The notes under the pieces were generated by a model. The model had not been told where the DNA came from, did no database searches, and was given only the letters and a program-made list of their open reading frames with translations. A program made the translations under genes and the position numbers. A DNA stretch of 64,000 bases, taken from positions 7,964 to 71,963 of the IMG/VR virus record IMGVR_UViG_3300010167_000860; one strand, 5' to 3'. Position 1 is the first letter of the stretch, and each line of letters opens with the position of its first letter. Of the stretch, positions 19,683-30,039 are shown one piece after another. Source of the stretch: a virus.

Positions 19683-19985
19683 ATGGAAAAGAATTTGGAA
19701 TTTTTAAAAACAGAACCTTTAGCAGATTTTGCTAAAAGAACAGGTATTTCTAGTATTGATGTTAAAGAAAATTCAGAAAAACCTGAATGGGGATATTGTT
19801 TCTTTCTTGCAGGAGTAAAATACTCTATAACAAGAAAATTTGACCCTACTACAGGTATTGGGGGGTTAGTAAATCCTGCTGTTTCTATAGTAAGAGACAA
19901 AAGTGATTCTACAGGAAAAACTTTTGGATTATTACATGAACAAGGCAGCACTCTTTCTACTGTAGGCAGTTTCCAAATTGCTTAA
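19683..19985 (+). CDS. crAss-type early protein, paralogue of 16323..16658
   Basis: NLEFLKTEPLADFAKRTGISSIDVKEN...NPAVSIV...FGLLHEQG. Confidence 0.6.
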   Translation: MEKNLEFLKTEPLADFAKRTGISSIDVKENSEKPEWGYCFFLAGVKYSITRKFDPTTGIGGLVNPAVSIVRDKSDSTGKTFGLLHEQGSTLSTVGSFQIA

Positions 19986-20729
19986 GGGCTTAAAAGTTAT
20001 AATTATAACATCTTTATTAAAAAGAAAAAGCCTTTTATTGCTAATATATATTAGCAATTATAAAATCAATAGTTTTATTAGTTTTTTCTTTTAAAAAAAA
20101 CTTGAAAAATCACAGCAGGGCATAAAAATAAGTCCCTGCTTTTGTTTTGAATATTCATTTAATATTATATATATGGAATACATTAATAAGAGAAATGAGG
20201 TATTTGCTGCTTTAGATGCTTTTAAAGAACTAAAAGTAAATCCTAAAAATATACAGCTATTTAGAAGGTTGCAGAATGAGTTATATAATCTATATAAATC
20301 CAGTCAATCTCCTTATATAGCTGCATAATGTTTTGTTTAAAGGTTAATATTTTGGTATTCTGGGAGACAATGGTTTTAATTAATTATTCTCCCAGAATAT
20401 TTTCTATTTATCTTTATACATTAAATTACAATATTTTTATTATCTTTGTATTATTATTATTCAGTTAAGTGCTACGCACATAACTTCAGGGCATCAATGA
20501 GTTACAGAGATTATCTAAAGTATTTGTTTAAGTAATTATATATAATTTATTGATTAAAAATATATTAAAGAATAGACTTAACAGGATTAAATTATAGTTA
20601 CCTGTTATTTGGGAGACCATTATACTATATGAACTGATGTCCTTACTATTCTTTTATAAAATAATATTCTATTTAATCAGGTATGTGTTTTATACCTGTT
20701 TTCCTTAGGATATTTATAAGTTGGAGTAT

Positions 20730-20807
20730 TTACCTCTTCTTATTTCTGCATATAATAAGCATATATGCAACTATAAGGACTAATACCAATGTTATTGTTA
20801 TTCACAT
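20730..20807 (-). CDS. 25-aa single-TM peptide M-[TGA]-ITITLVLVLIVAYMLIICRNKKR (type I toxin / holin-like)
   Basis: ATG 20807, TGA at codon 2, TAA 20730; upstream TACTTTTG box at 20866-20873 on -. Confidence 0.55.
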
Positions 20808-20994
20808 AGGGAAAAGTTTAAATTAATACTATACCTGCTTGTTAGAAATTTCGCAGGATTAAGTACAAAAGTAAATAACATAGGTAAAAGTATATAAGGT
20901 AAGAGAAAGTTATAACTATAAATAACTTTCTTTTACTTTTTTAATATAATATTATTTGTAATTTTGTAGTTTATAATTTGTAAACAGAAACCTT

Positions 20995-21150
20995 ATGAAA
21001 AAGAAATATAAAGTAGTAATATATATATTTATAAGTATTATTTTAGCAATACTTATTTGCAGTTTAATTATTAGCCTTATTGGAATTAGAGATCCAATAA
21101 ATTATAGAGAAATTATGAAGGAAAACACTAATTTAATATTTTCACAGTAA
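20995..21150 (+). CDS. Small membrane protein (51 aa)
   Basis: MKKKYKVVIYIFISIILAILICSLIISLIGIRDP...; TAATTTTG box at 20959-20966. Confidence 0.5.
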   Translation: MKKKYKVVIYIFISIILAILICSLIISLIGIRDPINYREIMKENTNLIFSQ

Positions 21151-21735
21151 TCCTCCAAAATTATAATTTTCTTGGGCATTTTTAGGTCTTGTTTTTAGAT
21201 AATGAGAATTATTTTCATTACTAAAAGCTTCTTTTTCAAAAGGATTATTTCAGTACCATTTATTTTTTTCAGTCTTATTTCCAAAAATAGGATAGCCTTT
21301 CAAATATCTTAGATGATAAAATGGAAAATTATCTTTATGCTGAGCATGATGAATTAATTCATGTGTAATAGTAGAACTGTCTTTAGGATCAGCAATAGAT
21401 ATTTTTGATAAATTAGGGTGAATACCTCTATAACTTCCTAGATATCCCTTATTTAACATAGAAGGGTTTATTGTAAGTTTGCTGGTATTGAAATTTGATG
21501 TATAACTTGGTAAAAGGATATTATCTCTTATTTCTTTATCTCTTTTATACATATTATAATTATCAGCAGAATAATTATAAACTTTAGTTGATACAGCTGG
21601 AGGGGTTAATCTTTGTAACTCTTGATTCATAAAATAACTTAATGAATAATTTTTTGGGTTATTATAAGCAAATCCAATTAAATTATTGTTATTTCCCTTA
21701 CTTCAAGGGTTAAGTTTCAAATATTGTTCTTCCAT
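21133..21735 (-). CDS. HExxH metallopeptidase-like protein (200 aa; TGA=Trp)
   Basis: THELIHHAQH; read-through of TGA 21250 restores Y-W-NNPFEKEAFSNENNSHYLKTR, typical of the distal Glu motif of such proteins; ATG 21735; TATATTTG box at 21755-21762. Confidence 0.72.
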
Positions 21736-21801
21736 AATATAAATTTTTAAACCACAAATATAGTAAAAATAAATGTAAAATCTAACAATCTAATAAATTT
21801 A

Positions 21802-22182
21802 ATGAAGAAGTATAATATTTTATTAGTATCCCTTTTATTTTGTATATCTGGATATTCTCAGAAATTTTTAAGTTATAGATATATATCTGAATATGACACT
21901 ATACAGGGATGGAGTATATTAAAAAATGAGTATAATAGTTTCATTTTTCATAATAATGGAACTGTTACTCATAATAATAATGATAGTATATGGTATATGT
22001 ACAGTAAAATATCAAAAGTATGGGCTGTAATAAATGATACTGCAATATATGAATATTCTAAATATTTATATAAAGCAGACACTATTATTATAATAATAGA
22101 TGAAGAATGGGCTATACAGATAAATTACCCTACAGGCTCTGCCATAAGATTTAAAGAATATAAACCAAATAAAGAGAGATAA
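21802..22182 (+). CDS. Secreted/periplasmic protein with signal peptide
   Basis: MKKYNILLVSLLFCISGYSQ signal-peptide pattern. Confidence 0.55.
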   Translation: MKKYNILLVSLLFCISGYSQKFLSYRYISEYDTIQGWSILKNEYNSFIFHNNGTVTHNNNDSIWYMYSKISKVWAVINDTAIYEYSKYLYKADTIIIIIDEEWAIQINYPTGSAIRFKEYKPNKER

Positions 22183-22207
22183 AGGTAGTTTATAAGTTCA
22201 ACACACA

Positions 22208-22486
22208 TTAACCTCTCTTTATATACCATTTCTCAAGTAAAAGGTTTATATCACTGTTTTTATAGTAATATATGCCTTTTAATTGGGTATAAGGAATAAT
22301 ATTTTCCTTCCTGTAAGTTTGTAAAGTTCTTGGGGATATTTTTAATTTCCTCATAACTTCAAAACTATCTATCCAATCTTCTTTATAAGGTTGGATATTT
22401 TCTAATATTTTATTTAGCAGTTCTTCAATAGAACCTAATTTGCTTAGGATATTTATATCCTCATCTAAACTTTTTTTGTATCACAC
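22208..22486 (-). CDS. HTH_17/MerR-like excisionase (RDF)-type protein, 92 aa; start requires TGA read-through or a -1 slip
   Basis: EDWIDSFEVMRKLKISPRTLQTYRKENIIPYTQLKGIYYYKNSDINLLL matches the Bacteroides Xis-like HTH pattern; frame begins GTG-TGA; absent from track. Confidence 0.75.
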
Positions 22487-22564
22487 ATAATGCAAAACTT
22501 TATATATTAAGAATGTAAAGATAAAAGTATTATATTGTATTATTCAAAATATTTAAGGATAGAG

Positions 22565-22635
22565 AAGCAAAATCAAGCAAATAAAAGCAATAGATACTGT
22601 AAATTTGGAGCATTATAGTATGCACTATACTTTTG
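22565..22635 (+). promoter_or_regulatory. Composite promoter with three AAGCAA repeats at 10-bp period, -33 TTTG and -7 TACTTTTG
   Basis: AAGCAA at 22565, 22575 and 22585; TTTG 22604-22607; TACTTTTG 22628-22635; lies between divergent xis-like and helicase genes. Confidence 0.65.
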
Positions 22636-22669
22636 CCCCATCAATTTTATTGATAATAAATATTAATAA

Positions 22670-23926
22670 ATGAAAGCAACAAATTTTAGAGATGAAACAT
22701 TAAAAAATGTATTAAATCTTGCTGAAGAAAACTCTGTTATTTTCCTGAATATGGCTACTGGGAGTGGTAAATCTAAACTTGCCCTGGCTATAGCTGAAAG
22801 TTTAATAACTGAAGAACCTATAATGTATAGTAATGGAGAAATGTCAAGAGATTTACAAGTTATATATCCTAAGATACTTGTAATTATTGCAGAAAGGGCG
22901 CATCAAAGGAATTGGTGGGATGAATTTAATAAACATAACTATGGAATGTTATTACAGAATACTACCTTTACTTGTTATGCTTCCCTACATAAGTTTAGAA
23001 ACACTGGATGGGATATAATAATTGTTGATGAAAGTCATCACCTCTCAGAGCTTAGATTAGGGCATTTATCTACTCTTAGGTTTAATAAGGCAGTATTTTT
23101 ATCAGCTACTATGAAAAAAGCTGTAAAAGCCTGTATAGAATATACATTCAGAGATAAAAAAACTTGTACTTATAAAGTATCCTTAGATGATGCTATAACA
23201 GCTGATATTTTACCTGAACCTAAGATATTTATTCATAAACTTACTTTAAATAATACCTATAGAGATTTAACAATTGAAACAGGTAATAAAAAAAGTAATA
23301 AAACTATTGAATGTAAATATCCTGAAAGATGGGCATATATTAAGATGTACAGTAAAACAGCAAAGATTATTATTAAATGTACAGAACAGGAAAAGTATAA
23401 TTACTTGACTGATCAGGTAGATTATCTTAAAAGGAGATTTATGGCTGACCCTTCAAATATATTTGCTAAAAATAAATGGTTAAGGACAGCCTTAGATAGA
23501 AAAATATTCCTTGGTAAATTAAAGACAGATTATGCTAAGGTTATTATTAACAAAGAGAAAGATAAAAGGCTTATTTGCTTCTGTACAGATATAGAACAGG
23601 CTAATTTATTAGGGGGTAAAGATAATATTGTACATAGTAAAATTAAAGATGTAGAGAAGGTTATAATTAACTTTCAACTGAAAAGTATAAATAGATTATA
23701 CTGTGTAAATATGCTTACTGAAGGAATGAACTTAAATAGTTTGGATGTTGGGATTATAGTCCAATTGGACTCAGAAGAATTAAAAATAATCCAAAAATTG
23801 GGGAGATTATTACGCAGTGATAGTCCAAAGGTTCATATTACAGTTTATTTAAATACTAGGGATAGTGAGTATTTGGATAAAGTTTTAGAAACTATTGATA
23901 ATAAATATATTAAATTTATAGAATAA
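22670..23926 (+). CDS. Superfamily 2 (DExH) helicase
   Basis: ATGSGKS Walker A, IIVDESHH, FLSAT, MLTEGMN, QKLGRLLR. Confidence 0.9.
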   Translation: MKATNFRDETLKNVLNLAEENSVIFLNMATGSGKSKLALAIAESLITEEPIMYSNGEMSRDLQVIYPKILVIIAERAHQRNWWDEFNKHNYGMLLQNTTFTCYASLHKFRNTGWDIIIVDESHHLSELRLGHLSTLRFNKAVFLSATMKKAVKACIEYTFRDKKTCTYKVSLDDAITADILPEPKIFIHKLTLNNTYRDLTIETGNKKSNKTIECKYPERWAYIKMYSKTAKIIIKCTEQEKYNYLTDQVDYLKRRFMADPSNIFAKNKWLRTALDRKIFLGKLKTDYAKVIINKEKDKRLICFCTDIEQANLLGGKDNIVHSKIKDVEKVIINFQLKSINRLYCVNMLTEGMNLNSLDVGIIVQLDSEELKIIQKLGRLLRSDSPKVHITVYLNTRDSEYLDKVLETIDNKYIKFIE

Positions 23927-25173
23927 TGGAAGATGTAACAACATTAGATTGGATATTATTATCATTTGTACAAATGATACTAACTTTCTCTTATATATGG
24001 ATTTTAACTAAACTTAAATTTAATTTCTCTGAAGAGCTTTTACTTTATAGTTTCAAAAGAAAATATCTCTTTTTTGTATTATTATCAGGATTTCCTTTTA
24101 TAGGACTTATAGTCATTCTTTTATGTTATGCCTTTATACTTATCGCATTAATAATGGGAGGCTTAGAACTTAATAATTCTAAATACCCTAATAGATGCAA
24201 AGAATTTTGGAATAAAGAATTGTTTAACCCTGTTAAAAATTAATACTATGATTGTACTTATGGGAGGTATTACAACACTTTTAAGTATGTTGTTTGTAAT
24301 GTATATACTTTGGAATAACAGTTATTTCTGGCGTGAAAATAATCCTAAATATGAGTATAAAAACTTTCTTATTAAAGAAACTATATACTCTTATGATGGT
24401 GAATCTAATATAAAAGATATTAATTATTACATAGCCTTCAGATATGATAAAAAGGGAAAAGTATTTAAAATAGATGGTAATGATGATTTTTATACTTTAC
24501 CATTAGCTAAAAATATTAGATGGAAATATATAGATTAATAATAAATAATTATTTAACCCTATTAAAGATTAAAAAGATTATGAAACTTACTGAAGAAGAG
24601 AAAGAATTTTTAAGAAATTTACTTGAAGATGTATTATTTAATTATGATGAAATACTTGAAGAACAGGGCTATCAATATTTATATGCAAGAGGAATGATGA
24701 GAAGTATTGGAGAAAAATTAGAAATTAATATTCAAACTGTACTGTAAAAATAGATATGAAGAGGTTTAAAAATACATTGATAGTAAAAAATAATTCCCTT
24801 GAATGGGAAGATGAATTAGAATATTGTCCTAATTGTGGTAGTAAAAACATAGATATTTTTACTCCTGAAGAGGATAATAATGATGATGGGGATATAAGTC
24901 TTAATGGCTTATATTCCTTTATTTGTAATAAATGTAATACAAAATTTTAAAATTATGAGTAATAAAAGTAAAGTTAGTTTTGGATGTTCAGGTATATTTG
25001 GTATAACATTTATAGTATTGCTAATATTTAAGTTAGGCGGATTTACAGAAATAAATTTAAGTTGGTTTATAGTATTCCTGCCTTTATTTATTCCCTTAGT
25101 ATCAGTTGTATTAGCATTACTTACTTTATTAGCTATTGATATTATATCGGATTTTAACATTAAAAAATGGTAA
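23926..25173 (+). CDS. Cluster of small hypothetical genes (23926-24243 TM, 24248-24538 TM, 24580-24747, 24756-24950 Zn-ribbon, 24955-25173 TM)
   Basis: ORF track; hydrophobic segments; CPNC...CNKC. Confidence 0.5.
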
Positions 25174-25174
25174 T

Positions 25175-25732
25175 ATGAGGATAATATTAGACACAGAGTT
25201 CCTGGAAGGGCTTTCCATAAATTTAGCCTATCTCCTTCTCTACAGAAATACTTTAGATAATCCTGATAGTTTAACAGATATAGAGAATAAGAATTTTCTT
25301 ACTGATAATGGGCTAACAGATAATTCTGGAAAGGTAACTGAAAGAGGTAGGGAAATGCTTAAAAAGATAGTTTCTGGAAACACACCTCTGGTAAATATAG
25401 AGAATTTAGCCCAAAGAATGAGGGAAATATTTCCTTCAGGTAAAAAGTTAGGTACAGAGTATTATTACAGAGGTAATCCTGCTGAAATTAAGCAGAAATT
25501 AAGAAGGTTCTTTCAGTTATATGGAGATAAAGAAAAGATAACTGAAGAAGAAGTTATAACTGCTACTGAAAGATATGTTAAAGATATGGAGTATGATAGC
25601 TATATGAGAATATTAAAGTATTTCATACTTAAACAGAATGATGAGAAAGACCAGTGTAGTGATTTATACACTTGGATTATGGGAATAAGAGAAGGTATAG
25701 AAGATATTAAAACTGATAGTATATTAATATAA
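25175..25732 (+). CDS. Conserved crAss replication-module protein upstream of DnaB
   Basis: LAQRMREIFPSGKK...YYYRGN...KLRRFF...YMRILKYFILK pattern; function uncertain. Confidence 0.55.
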   Translation: MRIILDTEFLEGLSINLAYLLLYRNTLDNPDSLTDIENKNFLTDNGLTDNSGKVTERGREMLKKIVSGNTPLVNIENLAQRMREIFPSGKKLGTEYYYRGNPAEIKQKLRRFFQLYGDKEKITEEEVITATERYVKDMEYDSYMRILKYFILKQNDEKDQCSDLYTWIMGIREGIEDIKTDSILI

Positions 25733-26106
25733 TGAATGAATTACTTATACTAATAATGATGGTATTTGCAGGATTTGTTGATGATTTTTACCTGCAAAAT
25801 ATACGTATGACCAATTTAAAACAAAAAGATTGGTGGAAGGATAATGTACCTGATGTAAAATATAAATATGATTATATCATAGTATTATTTATACATAGTT
25901 TTTCTTGGTCTTTTATGATTTTATTGCCCTGGTTATGGTTTTATGGATTTAATTTTAATTTAACCTGTTTTGTAGTTTTTGTATGTAATATAATAATACA
26001 TTCAATTATAGATGATTTAAAAGCAAACAGAAGAAAATTAGATTTAATACAAGACCAAATTTTACATATAGGACAAATAGTTATAACATGGTTAATGATA
26101 ATGTAA
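25732..26106 (+). CDS. DUF3307-like membrane protein
   Basis: DDFYLQ...LKQK, LFIHSFSW, IIHSIIDDLKAN, DQILHI. Confidence 0.7.
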   Translation: MNELLILIMMVFAGFVDDFYLQNIRMTNLKQKDWWKDNVPDVKYKYDYIIVLFIHSFSWSFMILLPWLWFYGFNFNLTCFVVFVCNIIIHSIIDDLKANRRKLDLIQDQILHIGQIVITWLMIM

Positions 26107-26110
26107 AGAA

Positions 26111-27226
26111 ATGAGCATTTGGAGAAGCAGGAAACAACACTATGAGGATAATAGAAAAGTTATTACATCAGGAGGAGTAAACTGTATTCCCTTTCCTTTT
26201 GAAAGGTTTAGGCAAATATTCCCTGGAATACAACAAAGTAAGTATTATGGTATAACAGGACAGCAGAAGAGTGCTAAATCTCAAATCTGCTTATATTTAT
26301 TCTGCTTACAGCCTTTATGGTATGCTTTCAATAATCCTTCTAAAATATCAGTTAAAATATTATATTTTAGTCTTGAGATGGGTACTGAGCAATTAATGGA
26401 TAGAATAGTGGGCTACTGGTTATATATAATAACAGAAGGTAAAGTTCAATTATCTACTCAAAATCTTAATTCATTAAACTCTGCTATACCTGAAGAAGTT
26501 CTTAGAATAATGGATACTGATGAGTTTAAAAGATTTATGGATTATATTGAAGATAACTTAATGATTTACAACACAATACGTAATCCAACTGGAATTTACA
26601 AAGAATGTGTAAATTTTGCTCTTAGCAGGGGTAAATTAAGTTATAAAGATTATTTATATACTGACCCTATAACAGGAGAAAAGGAGACTAGAAAGGCTGT
26701 AAATAGCTATATAAAGGATAATCCTAATGAGTATCATATTTTAATAACTGACCATATATCTTTATTAACCCCTGAAAAGGCTTTTGGAGGGCAATTACTA
26801 AATTTAAGAGAAACTATAACTAAGTTTAGTAATAATGATTGCTTGATTTTAAGAGATCTTTATAAATTTAGTATTTGTAATGTACAACAACAGAATCTAG
26901 AAAGTGAGAATATTGAACATTATAAATTAGATAAAATGATGCCTTCTGCTGCTAATTTAGGGGATAGTAAAAATACAGTAAGAGATTTTAACACTCTTTT
27001 TGGTATATATAATCCTCACAAATATAAAGTAAATAACTATCTGGGATATGATATTAATAAATTTAAGAAGAATGTCAGATTCCTAGAGATAATTGAAAAT
27101 AGGGAAGGAGAGGGCAATGAAACAGTTGCATTATTATTTAAAGGAAATGTAAATTTCTTTGAAGAACTTCCTAAACCTAATGATAGTGCAGGATTAAATA
27201 CAGTAATGACTAAATATAATATTTAA
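26111..27226 (+). CDS. dnaB: DnaB-like replicative helicase
   Basis: ITGQQKSAKS degenerate Walker A, FSLEM, ILITDHIS, VQQQN, LGDSK...RDFN. Confidence 0.8.
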   Translation: MSIWRSRKQHYEDNRKVITSGGVNCIPFPFERFRQIFPGIQQSKYYGITGQQKSAKSQICLYLFCLQPLWYAFNNPSKISVKILYFSLEMGTEQLMDRIVGYWLYIITEGKVQLSTQNLNSLNSAIPEEVLRIMDTDEFKRFMDYIEDNLMIYNTIRNPTGIYKECVNFALSRGKLSYKDYLYTDPITGEKETRKAVNSYIKDNPNEYHILITDHISLLTPEKAFGGQLLNLRETITKFSNNDCLILRDLYKFSICNVQQQNLESENIEHYKLDKMMPSAANLGDSKNTVRDFNTLFGIYNPHKYKVNNYLGYDINKFKKNVRFLEIIENREGEGNETVALLFKGNVNFFEELPKPNDSAGLNTVMTKYNI

Positions 27227-27403
27227 ATGGTATGAGTAAATTTATAACAATATTAGATTATTGTACAGGAACAGTGTATGTAACTAAGGGTAAAATTGAT
27301 GACCCTGAAAGTTCTGTTATGCTATTTTGTAATGAAATAGACATAGACTTTAATGATTGCCATTGGATGGAAACTGATAATATTATAATGAATTTTAAAT
27401 AAA

Positions 27404-28950
27404 ATGGAAATAAAAACAAAGTTTACAATAGGGGAAGAAGTTTTCTTTATAGCAAATTATTTAATTTGTAGTGATAAAATAAAATCTATTTATACACAAC
27501 ATTCTGCTAAAAATAGAAAGTTTATTTGTTATGTTTTTGAGGGATATGTAACGGATAGGAAAGAATATGAATTATTTGAAACTGAAGAAGGAGCTGAAGC
27601 ATTTTTAAATAGATATAATAATGAATAAAACTAAAGAACAATTAGCAACTGAATTATATCCATATAATATGTTTAGCCATTCATATAGAAGAGAAGGGTT
27701 TAAAACAGGATGGGATAGGGCTGTAGAAAAAGCAGTAGAAATATTTGATGAAATATGTCCTGAGGAATACCAACACATTTTATGTAATGAATTTAAAAAA
27801 TTAATTGGATATGAAAAGTAAAGAACAAGCAGCAATAGATTATCACAAATGTAATCCTAAAAATAGCAATAAATTAGCATTTTTAGCAGGAGTAGCCTTT
27901 GCAGAACAGTGGATTTCTCTGGAAGATGAGTTGCCTGAAATAGTAAAAAATAATAATTCAGATTTTGTATTATTATTATTTGAAGATCATTTTACGATTG
28001 GCAGTTTGAATAATAATGGTTATGGGTGGAGAGACTTTTGGGGCAACCCTATAATATATGAAATACTTGGGTGGAGACCTATAAACAGAAAATAGTTATG
28101 GAATTAGGAACTAAAAAAAAATTATTAAATTTAATAGAAGAATATGAAAAGTAAATTTGAAGCAGCAAAAGAACATTCAGCAAAAGTTCAAGCAGAAGAG
28201 CCTTATGTAACATCAAATGCTTTTTTAGCAGGAGTAGTCTTTGCAGAGGGGTGGATTTCAATTGATGATGAATTGCCCGAAGAAAATCAGATGTGTATTG
28301 CAAAAATTGAATTTGACGGATTCCCAGAAGAAACTACATATTCTATAGCAATGTATGTAAAAGATATAGAACAATGGGTAATAGAAATTCATTATTATTT
28401 CCCAGATTATATTTATAAACCAACCCATTATAGACCAATTAACAGAAAATAATATGGAATTAGAAGATTTCTTAAAAAAGTTTTTGCCTGATTATAAGGT
28501 AAAAGCAGAAGATTACAGAAGGAGTTTTTATAGTAGTAATCCTGTGAATTGGGAAATGTTTGGAAAAACAGATTTTCACAAAGATAATTTTCACAAAGCA
28601 CTTCAAAATTATACAGATTTTATTTGTGAAAAGCAAAGAGACTGTGTTAATGATTATTGGAAAACAAATTTTCGTAATTATATGGGATGTAGAGAAGCAA
28701 TTTTAAATGCACAACAACCTAAAATACAAGAATTATGAAATTATTAAGTTACGAAATTAGTCCTTTTCACTCATTAAATTCAAATTTTTGGGTATATGAT
28801 TTAACATTGGAAAAATCTTACTTTTTTGGTTTGAAAAAGAAAATCATAAAGAAATCTTATGAACTTTCTCCATATAGCGATTTTAGAAGTTATATAGAGC
28901 ATTGGGATTTTTTAATTAAAGAGAAGAAAAATATTAAGTATAGTATGTAA
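27404..28950 (+). CDS. Cluster of small hypothetical genes including two tandem DUF551-like paralogues (27811-28095, 28144-28452)
   Basis: Both paralogues carry AFLAGVxFAExWISxxDELP and end RPINRK*. Confidence 0.6.
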
Positions 28951-29005
28951 AACGCATCACAACCTAAAATAGAGGAATTATAAAAACAATTAATAAATAA
29001 TTAAA

Positions 29006-29683
29006 ATGGGAAAACTTATAGGCATATTAGGTTCTACAGGTTCAGGAAAATCAAGAAGTGTAAAACATCTTGACCCTAAAACCACTGTAGTAATAAATTG
29101 TGCAAATAATAAAGACTTGCCTTTTAAAGGCAGTAGAACTATATGGAATAAAAATGAAAAGAATTTATTCTTTATAGATAACTATCCTGACCTTATCAAT
29201 ATGATAAAAGGGATAGATAGTAAAGCTCCTCAAATAAAAACTATAATACTTGATGATTTTAGATACCAAATGTCAAGGGAGTTTTTTAGCAGGGCTAAAG
29301 AGACAGGCTATGGTAAATTTACCTCTTTAGCTGTTAATTTTCAGTCAATTCTGGAATTAATAAACACTATAAGAGATGATATTACTGTGTTTGCAATGTT
29401 ACATGATGATGATGTTATTAGTGATAATAAGATTGTAGCAAAGAAAATTAAATTAGTAGGAAAATTAGTTGAAGATCAATATAATCCTGCTGAATTAATG
29501 AGTATTTTATTATATGCTCATTGTAGTGTTACTAAAGAAGGAGCAACTTGGAGCTTTTATACTAATAAAACTCTTATTGATGGGATAGAGATACCAGCAA
29601 AAAGCCCTGAAGGACTTTTTGAACTAACTATGCCTAATGATTTATCATTAGTACTAAAAGCAATTGAAGAATATTATAATTAA
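29006..29683 (+). CDS. AAA_24-like P-loop ATPase (recombination-associated)
   Basis: ILGSTGSGKS, IILDD, PAKSP. Confidence 0.8.
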   Translation: MGKLIGILGSTGSGKSRSVKHLDPKTTVVINCANNKDLPFKGSRTIWNKNEKNLFFIDNYPDLINMIKGIDSKAPQIKTIILDDFRYQMSREFFSRAKETGYGKFTSLAVNFQSILELINTIRDDITVFAMLHDDDVISDNKIVAKKIKLVGKLVEDQYNPAELMSILLYAHCSVTKEGATWSFYTNKTLIDGIEIPAKSPEGLFELTMPNDLSLVLKAIEEYYN

Positions 29684-29702
29684 CAATTTAATTAATTAAA
29701 AA

Positions 29703-30026
29703 ATGGAATTAGGAAAATTTGAAAATGCCTCTCTAACAAGGCAAAAAAGAGAAATTCAAATGTTAGACAATAGAACTGAAGCTATTGAGAAAAAAATAAG
29801 AGGAGTTGTTGAAAAATACAGGGGGGAACTTACAGCCCTTAAAGAAAGAAGAAATTATCATCAACAAATTATTAACCTTATTGAAGGCGGTAAAATTAAT
29901 GGAGAAACTGTAAAGGAAGTTCCTGGGGTATCCTGTGGAGAACCTGACATTCCTGTATTAAAAGATACTGTTGCAGAAGAGGTAGGTTGTGAAGATGTTG
30001 TAGATAATTTTGTTTTACCATTTTAA
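29703..30026 (+). CDS. Coiled-coil hypothetical protein
   Basis: ORF track. Confidence 0.5.
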   Translation: MELGKFENASLTRQKREIQMLDNRTEAIEKKIRGVVEKYRGELTALKERRNYHQQIINLIEGGKINGETVKEVPGVSCGEPDIPVLKDTVAEEVGCEDVVDNFVLPF

Positions 30027-30039
30027 GAAAGGATAAATT

